The translations under genes were made by a program, and so were the position numbers. A stretch of 54,203 nucleotides of DNA, counting the filler, from Sphacelaria rigidula (Eukaryota): the NCBI GenBank assembly GCA_964200075.2. It is 5 parts of 5 records of this genome, joined end to end, with 100 filler letters (N's around TTAATTAATTAA, not from the genome) between each part and the next. Parts side by side here need not be neighbours in the genome. Positions count along the whole stretch, not along the records: positions 32,587 to 43,345 come from CAXNAA020005963.1; positions 43,446 to 54,203 come from CAXNAA020005964.1; 3 more parts are not named here. The stretch is one strand, 5' to 3'. The notes under the pieces are model-generated. The model saw nothing but the letters and a program-made list of their open reading frames with translations, was not told where the DNA came from and ran no database searches. Of the stretch, positions 39,260-51,100 are shown one piece after another. Within the stretch, counting starts at the first letter, position 1; every line of letters begins with the position of its first letter.

Positions 39260-39719
39260 GCATGCAAGTACTTAGCGCCGGCTCAAGGTCGGGGCAGGCT
39301 TCACAAACTGTTGTTGCTGGGCGTGAGGTCTGGTGGAGTTCCGCTCCAGCGTCAAGGCGGGTTCTTTCAGTGTAGCATTTCGAGGAACGGCAGTGCCAGC
39401 TACACAGATGGCCCGCTTTTGCTGCGATGGTTCTCACAAGAACCAGTTCTTCCGGCTAGTACAATTGAAGGCTGGAACTAGTTCTCTGATTGTGTTGCGG
39501 AATTGGTCCGTGCTGGACACGTGTAGGTGCGTAGAAAAGGTACCACCAAGGGTCGGACGAATAATAATTTTTCTGAATGCTACCCGTATCTGTCATTTAT
39601 TGTGTTTTCAGTGTTGCACCCCAAGTGAGCGCGGCCCAGGTACATGGAACAGCGCAACATATGCGCAAAGAAGTTTTCGACCTGGGGTGTACATTTTTCT
39701 CTCATTTCGAGCAAACAGG

Positions 39720-40665
39720 TCTCAGAAATAGCTACTTCCCCTTTCTTCTAGGCCAAATATCGACCAGGTAGCTATACCTGATCTAGGAATTCTTTTTCGA
39801 TCCTACCTCATCTGGACCACTAGTCCGCCCAGAAAGTACCTGTCCTGGGCCATCCCTTTCCACACTGTACCTGATGCGGCACACGGCGCGCAAGGGAATC
39901 TACGCGCCAACTCCAACCATGATGTCCACACACTCATAGCTCTTTTCACCCCAATTTGCCGTTCATGAACGCCACAACGACCACACCCTTTTCTCCCCGA
40001 AAATGGTTCCCGAACCTCTCCGCATCGACGCAATAACTGGACTCACAACTCACAACGCTTCCGTCTTTTGCGCTTGCGGAGGGTAACGTAACACCGTTGC
40101 GATCTGGGGCCGACCCTTTCCCCCCCAAATCCGTGTGTTGATGGCAGGTGCCCACTTGTCTTGTTTTCCAGTCAAAATGATGCCAATTCACACCTTTTTG
40201 TGTGTTTCTTCAGCTGAAACAATCATGCACCTGAAAACAAAACCAATGAACACCTGTTGTTGTAACTAACACACGCACGACGATTATTGTGGAGGGGAAA
40301 GTGGAGAAATGCGCCACAAACATACCGTTGTGGGGAGTCCGGTCCCGAAGGGTTGATGGTTGCGACGTTATGGTCAGTAACATGTGGTCGTTGTGGCGTT
40401 CGTGAACGGCAAATGGGCAGGAAAAGAGCCGAATGTGTGGAAGTCATGGTTGGAGTACGCGCGTGAATTCCCTCGCCCGCGGTATGCCGCATGAGGTACA
40501 GTGTAGGAAGGGATCACCCACAACAGGTACTTTCTGGGCCGACTGGTGGTCCAGATAAGTTATGATTGAAAAAAAAATCCTAGATCAGTTCCTCGCGCTC
40601 GTAACCTACCTGGCTGAAACTTGGCCTAGAAAGTGGAAGTTACAGTAGTAAGTAGTGGTTTCTGA
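39720..40665. repeat. Long imperfect inverted repeat (arms ~39720-39985 and ~40383-40665, centre ~40184)
   Basis: For example tttgccgttcatgaacgccacaacgaccaca / tgtggtcgttgtggcgttcgtgaacggcaaa, cccagaaagtacctgt / acaggtactttctggg, and tctaggccaa / ttggcctaga. Confidence 0.92.
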
Positions 40666-41096
40666 AGGCGAGACGTCCTTCTGCGCATGGTCATATCTCG
40701 CGAGTAACATGTTTGTTTCTGTTTTTTTTTGCAGGCCCGGGTGCCGAGGAGCCCCCCGATTGCTGTGCGTCAAAATGGAAAATTCGGAGCGAAATCGATG
40801 TAGATTGTGTGTTTGCTGTTTTAGCGTTTCTGGTCATTTTTCGTATCTTTCCTAGGCAAAATACGATAAGGTATACCTTTTCTAGACCATCACATAAAAA
40901 ACACGATCTGGAGCTAAATCTAACGGGTCTGACAAGTTCTCACGAGAGCGAATAGGCTCAGCAACACCGGGAACGAAGTAACATGACGAGGACAAAGGGT
41001 AAGAGGGTACGCAGCACATGCCGCTGTTAATCACAGGGGAACTGCTCTACCAACAGACAGCTGTCGCTGATTTACTGTTTCACCACTTAGATCAAG

Positions 41097-41281
41097 ATGG
41101 AAAGTCGCGCTGACGACAGTCCAGCCCAGCTTGCCCTTACCGACAACAGTAACTTTAGCAAGTTGTCGCCCGCTTTTCGCAGGAAGTTCTATGCGTACCA
41201 GACTTTGACCATGCGCAAGAGCTGCCTTGCGTGCGCCAAGAGGAAGACACGATGCGATGGAGATGGGGTTCACAGCTGTAG
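41097..41281 (+). CDS. First coding exon of a second Zn(II)2Cys6 zinc-cluster protein
   Basis: RKSCLACAKRKTRCDGDGVHSC fits CX2CX6CX7C, then a phase-2 donor TGT AG|gtgaga at the same position as in the left paralogue. Exon 2 was not found before the contig end. Confidence 0.85.
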
Positions 41282-41356
41282 GTGAGACCAATAGCCGGGG
41301 TATGGGTAGGGTAGACGGCGGCAGGGTTGGAGAAGAGCGGAGTTTTCAACGTTTCA

Positions 41357-41618
41357 CACGTTGGACAGCTGATGAGCTATCTGGATATTACGTCTTATTT
41401 GAAAACTGATCCGGATCATGGGCTAATAGCTCATTTGGCCACTATTTCCGGACGAGCATTAGCTCCCGACAGCGATGGACGCCGAGCACGCGATGTAGCG
41501 GGAAGGTAACGATTTGACTTCTCGGACACTGCTGTCACGTGTTTTGTGTTTTTGTACATTGCATCTGAGCGTTCTCTTCGATTAGTTATTCCACGTAGCT
41601 CATGAGCTGTCCGACGTG
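41357..41618. mobile_element. MITE, family B, copy 1 (in intron 1 of the Zn-cluster gene)
   Basis: TIRs cacgttggacagctgatgagcta...tagctcatgagctgtccgacgtg|ta. A homologous inverted copy is at 46470-46720. Confidence 0.8.
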
Positions 41619-43345
41619 TACAGCGTTCACAGAGTAGACCCACGTGACACGCCTCAACATGATGAGTATTGTAGTGACCCCGGCACACCAGCGTCCCTGC
41701 GTACCGTACATTACAGGAGTACGAGGTGTGTGGTGAGCCAAACTCTCGGAGGCTTTATGGTTTTGAACTGAACCAGTTCTAGTTTGAAAACATGAACGTA
41801 TGCATCGGGGAATCGGGATAAAACATGATGAAATAATCCTTGTCCGGGGTACAAAGAAGGTTTTTGTGGCGTGTGAAGGCTTAGCGGATATTATTCCGGC
41901 TACGGGCAATGAGCACGCTGACGTATTCTATGTTGAAGTGGTAAAAGTAAGAAAAACTTGCCTTCGGGATCGGAAGGTCAGAGCAGACGGGGTATCTTGA
42001 AGAGTAGATTCACAAAATAGAGCATTTTTGAATCTGATCTTGGACTTCGTACAGCATAAACCAGCTGTTTGAGTGTGTTCGACGACTGAAGAGTGGGTTC
42101 TTTTAGAGTTAACATCACAGGTTAGGTGGACAAGTACGATTGAAGAGATGAAAAGACACAGAGGGGAAGACCAAAAGGGTTTTGGTCTTCACCCCCGCGG
42201 GTCACTCCTCTTTTTACGGTCTGTAATTTCTGATTCGAAGATTGGTCTCGAGTGCTTTTTGTGGTATTTTATCGTGCAACGACATCGGGGCGTCACCAGT
42301 AATATACTCGAAGAAGAATCAAAAAGCCTATTTTCTCCTCTTGGCATATCAGTGCCCGCATCTCTTTGGAATTGTGTTTGAACAAGACGGCTAACCTTCA
42401 TAAAAAAACAGTTGAACCTACATTTGGGAATAGAGTGAAGACTTCTCCCACGACAGGTGTGTGTACTTTCTGTACTGCCTGCCTGTACTGTCTGTAGTCC
42501 ACAATGAAGCAGGCTCCAGCAGAAAGCATGAAAGTATGAAGGGGTATCACCCCCCCCCCCCAGAATGCCTAAAATCTAGTCCGGGGGGCGGGGGAGAGGG
42601 AGGGGGCGCGCGCAAATACTTGAGCTTATTAGAGCCCTTTAAAGCCGTTTCTTCCGGTTGGTTATTTCCTCTCGTTATTTGCATATAACGAGTGAAAATA
42701 ACAAGATGGCTACTTACGGTTGGTCATTTCACAAGATTATCAGGAAAAAAATACGAGACGGGGGACATTTCTCACGAGATGGGCGCTCCTGGCTTGTTAT
42801 TTTTGAAAAAATACGAGACGAGATCGACTTGTATTCTCGTCTCGTTTTTTCATTTGCGGCGCGGCGAGATTAGCAATGCCCGCCAGCCCTGAATATGTTT
42901 GCGCCCTTCGACATCTGCGGGGCTCTCCTGGTATCAATGTCGAACACCCCCAACGCCGTTTACACATTAGACGAAACATTGCCTCGCCATCCCGGCGCAC
43001 GCGAGATGTCGTAAGGGGCTTATGATCTATTGGCATCGAACGTTCACTCGAAAACCTGCAGCACAGACAGTACCCAGCGCAGAGATTACAGGATACTGTT
43101 GTCTGTGCTGTCTCATGCAGTGAGTTAGTTGTAGGTGTCAGCTGGCACACAACTGTAGTACGCACGGCTGTAGTGAAAATGATGCGTACAGCGTGAGATA
43201 TGTGGACAATGTGCAATACAAACAATAGCAGGCAGTACTGTACTGCCTGTACTGCCGATTGAACAACAGTAGGATCCACATGCCATGCTGCACCCGACGG
43301 CTGCCGAAAATATATTTGGGCGACGTGCAGTGCAGACACTACGTG

Positions 43346-43445
43346 NNNNNNNNNNNNNNNNNNNNNNNNNNNNNNNNNNNNNNNNNNNNTTAATTAATTA
43401 ANNNNNNNNNNNNNNNNNNNNNNNNNNNNNNNNNNNNNNNNNNNN
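43346..43445. other. Artificial contig-joining spacer
   Basis: N run plus TTAATTAATTAA. Confidence 0.98.
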
Positions 43446-45136
43446 CAAGCAAACCACAGAAAGAAATGGCCGACCTAAAACAAGAAAAAAGGAAAAGAAG
43501 AGGAAAGTACGAAGCGAATAAAAAAAATCACAATGAAAAATGGGAAAAAAAAGAAGGAAAAAAGAAGAAAAAAAGAAGAAAAGGAAAAAAAAAGAGGGAA
43601 AGGCCCAGGGGATTCAGGGCAGCAGAGTAGATACAGACACACACCAGTGGGTACCGCAGAGCCACCGACTAAGGACATAATAATCAACAAGCGATTTGAG
43701 CGGACAGGATTTTCCGATTGATATAAATGGGGCAAAAACGCAAATGAAGTCGGGAACGGGTAATTGCCAGAAAATGCCCACATACTTGCGAGCATACCAA
43801 GCCACCAACTCTCGCAGTCTTGTGGCGCGTTTTGATTGTCAATTCTTTGGATGCCACCAGGCCACATCTCGGGAGCAGTGGACCAGAAAAGAAGAGTACC
43901 CACACCCAACGAACGTTTATACCATGTACTTCACCAACCTTGTATTTTCCAAGTAATGTTTCAGCACGCGCTATTGTGCAAAATGGCGAACGAATATTTC
44001 ATCCTGGAATCGTGTGAATGTACATGTTTCACCAAGAGAGCGAGCACAAAACAAGTGTAGTAATGTATACCATACTCTAGACAAATCAACGTGTCGGTCT
44101 ATAACACTGACCATTCCACTGGACGATTGATGTTCAACTCAAAGTGGAGTGGACGCTAGATGAGCAACACCCACGCAGAAATCGAGTTTGGTGTAGGGTG
44201 ACGGTCCGAAATGAATCATCAAGCACCTGTACATCCCAAACACCAGGTGGATGCTCAAGCCGACAAACAACGACTTGCAGACAAAGCTAACGAACGGCTA
44301 CTACAAGTAAAAATAGCACCACTTGCGCCACCATACTCTCAGGGATACAGTGGGACGACGCGTAGTATATACAGCTGTAAACATCGAATTATACACGTAC
44401 GCGCCCATATATCGCATGCTACGTTCAAGGTAGCTCCCAGGAGAACACGCACTGAAAACGCAACGCATATAAACTGTACAGAAGAAGTTTGCAATAATTG
44501 CCCGAACAAAGCCATACATCCAGGACAAGTAACTGCTGAATTTCATTACTGAATTTTAAGCCAAGAACCACCTCTACTTTCTGACGAAACTGACAAACCT
44601 AAGGTATGTCTGTCTTGCACCGCTTACATTCGTACTTCAGTACTGTACAACTCGAAAACGAATAAATACATACGGTGTAGATTCTACAAATCAAAAACTG
44701 CGCCACGAGAGGGGATATGAACAAACGGCGCATTTTCGTGGTGACCGAGCAAGATCCCACAAGAGCCACGTCGATCCCACAAGAGGCTACGAGTACCACC
44801 CACGTACGGATATGGCCCTTCAATTTACAGTGTCTCGGAAAATAATTAAACGCGTGAGGAAAAGCGAGTAGAGGGGGGAAATATAACTGGTACGCACTAT
44901 CTCCGGTTGTTGAAAAGAGCACGGAAGGCAAAAAGGATTGGTGGAAAAAACTTCGTCGGCTGCTGACGTCACCCACAATCTTTGGGGCGGAACAAATTTC
45001 CGCCATGGATGCTATGAGGTGTTGGTCGCACGTGCTGGGCCAGCTCCTGGAGGGGTGCAAATATGCCGCAAAATGCCGGTGTTGGCCTTCGGTGAACTGC
45101 TACCGGACACCAGCACCTGCAAAACGATTTGGACAG

Positions 45137-48100
45137 TCACGATCCTGAGTTCGTGATGGTCACATGCTCAACACATGGTATCTCCAATGGCCATCTTGCA
45201 TATACGAACATGCAGTTTCGCCTGTATAAAGGAATGAAATCAAGCCCAGATGAGGGACGAATGAACTTGTGAAAAGGCGTCAGAGTAGATTCTCCGTCTG
45301 CACAGGTCTTTCGTACCTCTTTTCCGTCTTGATTCACCCGCACCATTGTCGCCTTCAGAGTGGTCAGCGCCTCGAAAAATATTCGTTGCACCTGATTAAT
45401 CGCGAAGCAGCTGCGTCCCACGTTATTCATACAGTTGAGCGGGTCCTGCAATTCAGGGCATCAAAGTGAGCAGCGAGAACTGGTCATGCATGGCTCAACA
45501 GGAACTTCCCCAAAGTGAATACCGATGCGTGGGAGTACTGATGCCTTGAGTCTATGGAGACTTTGTCGTCTCAAGATACTGTCTTAAGCTTGCTCTTCGA
45601 TCAGTATTCGTCATTTTCCGAACCCGTGATTGATTTTCATTGTAGTCACCTCGATCACGATTGGGTCTCCTGCCTGTGGATGTGGAGGATTTTCATGGCA
45701 ATTAAAGCGGAAACCTCCCCCCCTCACGCTGAATCCCTCGCACGACACGTCAAAGTCTTCTCCAAATAGATGTAGAAAGTCGAGGAGTAGCTCGCCTAGG
45801 ACCTGCCGTTCAGCGGTGGCGCACAGAACAAGGAAGTATGATACGTCACGCAACACACGCTTCAAGTCGCCGTTGGAGTACTCAAAGTGTACCCGCTCTT
45901 CACTGACCAGTGCCATGCATGCCCGTGCGTCCGTATTCACGCCACGCTAGGAAATATGAAAGCAACGAACGAATCAGAATCCAATGTGAGTGCGCACAAG
46001 ATGACCAGGAGGGCTTGTCAAGCAAAGGTGTCCCTTCTTTTTGGCCGCTTTAGGGTGCCGTGCTCAGCGACGTTATGTACGTGCACAAAAAGTGGGGGTA
46101 TACTTGCTATTGACGAAGGATAAACAAGTGGACAAACAAGTGTACAGAAATAGGCAGGAGACAACGATGGCAAAAAAGGTGGGATTCATTTTCGGCCAGC
46201 TTCAGGTACTGGACAACTCTAGTTGGTTACCCTCACTTTTTTAGCTGTGCTCAACGCCATTCTGAATATTTGGCACGTCGGACAGGTCAGACCGTGTCTT
46301 CAGCAAATATGCCTCCGATCGAAAAAGTGCGGTAGAAAAAAATCCGATCTGATGGGTCATGATTTCAACATGTAAGACGATATTGTAGTTGAGATCACGA
46401 CCCATTAGATGGGGATTTTCATTTTCCACCCCACATTCTCGATCGAAAAATCATCTGCAGAGACACACCCTCATGAGCTACCTAAAATCAATAATCGAAG
46501 AGGACTCTCAGATGCGTCGTCAAAGAATACAAACTCCGCGACAGCGGGGTCCAAGAAGCCAAAGCGCTAGAGTACCTTTCCGCTACTCGGCGTGCTCGGC
46601 GTCCAGCGCTGTAGGGAGAAACTTCGGAAAAGGAAGACAAGTGAGCTACCTATTTATCCAGATCAGTACGCTAATAAAATAGCAACTAATATTTGGGTAA
46701 TTCATGAGCTGTCCGGCGTGTGGATTGTTTCCTCCCGTGTTTCTTGCAGCGCATGCGGAAGAAGGGGGCAGCATTGCGTGTGCTTGGCACGAACGACTTG
46801 CCTCTTCGACGCCTTCTTTGTAGCACAGAGAACACTCGCCCATCACTATACCCTACAGGGGCCAAAGACGACAAGGTATACTTTTTCCTGGCAAGTGTCA
46901 TGTATCAAAGAACGAGTAGATGAGCGAAAGCTTGCACGTCCCACAGCAACAGCATGGATTGATGACGACAGGCAAAAAAGAATACGACACGGATTTTCAG
47001 AGCGCACGACACTTACCGGGTCACCCCCAGAGGTGATGTACGGCGAACACGGGGCTATGAGTGCATACACACCGTCATTTTCAGTCGGTTGCGGCAGGGG
47101 AGGCGGGGGTGGGGGTGGCACGCCGTGTTGAGCAGTTGGCAGGGTGGACTCGCCAGCTGGCTTCGGTTTCGAGGAAACTGTCGTCAGTCCCGCGGGATGG
47201 CCCTGCAGTGTACAGACGGCAATTGCAGTTTTCACGCACGACTGGTGAATACTCGCACCTGCGCGATACGAGGGCTTGCGTTCACGTGAAGATGAACTGA
47301 TCACCCCTTTCCCCCGAAATTTTCAATTTGCCGACTGCGCGACCGGCCAGTAATTAGCGATGGTGAAAACACGGCGCACCATGGGAGACGTGCGCCCTTC
47401 ACTTCCTGCTGCAGCCGCCTGCGGTGTAGGTGCACCAGCGTAAAAGTCTTGCATGAGAATCGCACGTGCTGTTCTCGACCCCACCCAGTGCTGCTGCGTT
47501 GGCCTGCAAGCGGTAAACAACAGATGGCAGGCCGCGTGCCAGCAAGCGAGGTAAGGCCAACTGACAGAGAAATTAGGGGGTCGCCAATCAAAAACGACAA
47601 AAAAATCCGACCGCAGACATCGGGCACGCCAGCATCAGCCAAAAGTAAGGTGAGCGTACTCCAACCTCATAAGAACCGAGGAAGATGACTTGCAGACACA
47701 CTTTTTTTCAGTGGGGACTAGTGCGCTGCCACTTGCTTTCAATTAACCCAGTTGCACGATAACTAGTCCTAAATCCATTCCTTGGGATCTCGGAATCTCG
47801 AGATCGATCAAGCGCGCCTTGCTTTTTGCCCCACTGTAGCATATATACCAACAAAGTATGGCCTTCGTACCTGTCCCAGAGCATCCTGCTCTTTCCTTCC
47901 GTAGGCATAGGTGCTTTGTCGAGCTTACTCCTCCGTCGTGCCCCACTCTCACCCGTCACCCAGCTATTCGCACCGTGTTCTGCGAGGGAGGAAGGCTGCC
48001 AGAACCCTCGTTGTCTACCGACCGATGCTACCGCCCTTTTATTGACTGGCGCTATACTCGCCTCCGATTTGGCCGGGGATAGGATATAGCAGGAAGAAGG

Positions 48101-51100
48101 AAAAGTCTCCTCATGCCCTGGGGACGGTGGTGCTGGCGAAGTAAACATTTCTACCGCCGACTGGCTTTCTGGTGGCGATGGGTACGATGGGCACGCACCG
48201 GGCGCATCCACGTCTTTACTGCTTTTATCCGTTTCTTCGCTGTCACCATGGCCATGAAGTACGCTTGGGGTCGAGTCCGAGTGGCATCGCTTTACCAAGT
48301 CTCGATCCACGATGCAGGGTCCAGCGGGAGAGGGTGGGAAGTGATCTCTACGCAGTAACGCGAACGCTACCATCAGAATTAGGCCGTAGCTGGACAGGCC
48401 TCCTGTGAACGGATCGTTCATACCATGATTCTGTCGCGGGAAATCACAGTTGGGGTAAGTTGTGAGCAGTGAACGAATGTAATACTACAGTACAAGCCTG
48501 AACGCCAACGTCGTGAACGCAGCGAACCGAACGCAAAATAATCATATTAGCCTATATATAAATATAATACCTGTAGGAGAGACTTGAGCACCAGTGTCAA
48601 AGGCACCAAGTTGGGAAGATGGTCCACAAGGTACGACACAAATCCGTTTGCTGCCACACCCGTATGTGTCGGGCCGTCGATGGTTATATCGAATTTGACT
48701 GTCAAATTCTCCTCGCCCGCCACCCCTGCATTGCACACAGCGATTGCCTTAATGACCGGAATTCGTGCCATATCAACAACCTTGACGACTTCGATGAATT
48801 GGGCCTGGCCAAAGTGGAGCGGAGGAGACGGGAGGGAGTGCACAAACGACGTTTCCACAGTGAACAGGGTGATATTACCAACCACACTGACTCGGTGCAA
48901 CATCGCTGCACTGCCGAACGGCACATACGCCTTGATCTAAACAGCGCGGTAGTGCCACAACATATCGAGTGACACGAGTGACATCGAGGTGGTGGTCTTA
49001 CGTGCTGCCGGAGATGATCAGCTAGATCTTGTATTCGACCCAGCATACTGCTGCCATCCTTGCGACCCCATCTCCGTCGTCGCTCCCTCGCCTTGTGGTC
49101 CGCATGCATACTGTCGGCGGAAGCGGAGACCGACGAAGTTGTCGAGGCGGCACTAAAGGCTGTCTCGGTCTCCTTCGCTTGTGCGTCTCCCTGCGTGTCA
49201 TCGTGCCATGTTAAACCTGGTTTGTGTGACATCTCGTCGTCAGCGTCGAGTTGACTCCACACTCGAGATGCGTTGGGAGAGGTGATTCCCTGCACTTGTA
49301 CTGTTGGCTTGGTAGCCGCGCATTGATGTGTGGCATTGGCTTGCTGTTGCTGTTGCGACGACCTGCAATCCTGCTCGCCCGTTCGAGACCCTTTCTCTCG
49401 CGACCTGTCTGGTGTGTGCTGGCGAGAATGACTTCGGTCGTGACCATGTTCTTCGGTGGCCCAGGCCTTGCCAGCGGGGGAAGCAGCCGGCAAGACACTG
49501 TCTCCCGAGCTTGTTTGAGAGTGAGCGCTGCCCCCAGGCCGTAGGCAGACCTAGGCAACCAAGTAGTGAACAACGGGGGACCCGAAAAAAATATTATTCA
49601 CAATAGTGTATTCCTAGCTCTGGCTACACTGCGCGACCGACACGCGAGCCATCCTTTCACACACAAAAACATGGCTGGCAAGCACTTGCGACGCCAATAA
49701 TTCTCACCACCAAGTCCACGTCAGAATCAGGCGTCATCATGCCCGACGCCCAGCTGCCGTAGGGAAGAACCGACGACGAAGGCCACAGTAGACGAACGAC
49801 ACCCTCAACTTGACAAAAGGTGTTTTCCAGGGCTTGTTTCCGCTTGTCTTCGAGCAGCCGACACCTTAAATTAGGTAAAGCTTTACATGATTAGTTTTGA
49901 TGGATTTTTCGCCTATTTTTTCACTCTAATACACAGTCTTAGTCTTATCGTGCCGTCATTCATGTGCCGTTTGTTTCACATCAGTAGGGCGAACAATTAT
50001 GATTTCGATAAAACGGCGTAGAGGATCAAATGTTACTCGTTACGTGGGATTACTACAATGCACGGACAGATGGATCAATCCCACAGCTTCGTTCGCAAAC
50101 CTTCTCCATGCGATCCTGCAGGAAGCTATGACAAGCAGGTGGACAGTCTCGTCGCTATAGTTTCGAGGGTACTGGTCGAGAAACCCTGGTGTGCATTTTT
50201 TAACCTTTACAAGGTGGTCCCAGCGGGGAGACAAGAACACTTGGCATAAATGTTCCCCCGTGGTTTCGCGAGAATAGCGACGGGGACGAGACAACCTGTG
50301 CACATTCCGAGTACAAACTACTTTTACGGCACCTGTGACACTTCTGTTGAAGCGGGAATAAAAAGATGTGATTGGTTTTGGAATGCCATTTGTATCCGTT
50401 TGATCTGTGGGTGCTGTCATGCATGCTATCATCTGGATGCCACGGGTGCAAGATCTCGGTGAGGGTGAGGTCACGTATACTCAGGTAAAAACGTGCACAG
50501 TGATTTTTTCGTTTTGCGAATAAGTCATGTACGCCGGGTTATGCAATTGTCATTGTGCAGATTATCCATTGGACATATATACGTAGATTCCCGGGCGTGC
50601 AGTCAATCAGCCTGGTAGGAGCCAGTATGGTTGAGCACGAGGTACGGACAGGAACAGTTCGGGAACAAGTACTGTAGCCAGTATTCAGTCAAACCAGAAC
50701 GGCTCCGTGGCTCCATACTGAAAGCTCTACAGTTGGGGTTCTGGGCTGAGGTTCAGAGAAAATGTTCAGATAACACTTCACACCATGCTAGGGGGTGACC
50801 TCTGGAGAAATATAAAAGCACGGCGATGCAGCGTCCCATGCGGGTCAGTGGTCTGCTCAATTCACCAAGATCTTTCGTGACAATTGCCTTGCTCCGCTTT
50901 GATCGGCGACTGCGAGGAAGCGCGCCACGGCCACGTAAAATACCCCACAAGTGCAAAGTAATCTATTGGATGAAGGCGCGACTGCCCTAATCGGGCCACG
51001 GTGTTGTCCTCTTCGCCTTCTCGGCATGAAGCGGGTGCGTTCAGCCGGGCCTTCGCTTTTGTACATCAAGAGAACGGCCGCGGCAATGGACTCCTGAGTT

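Noticed and set aside
46727-46790. Plus-strand acceptor ttcttgcag followed by (S)ACGRRGQHCVC, which would complete the Zn2Cys6 motif begun at 41097-41281
   Set aside because: It is on a different contig across an artificial spacer, and it lies antisense inside an intron of the poly(A) polymerase gene next to one of its exons. Most likely coincidence.
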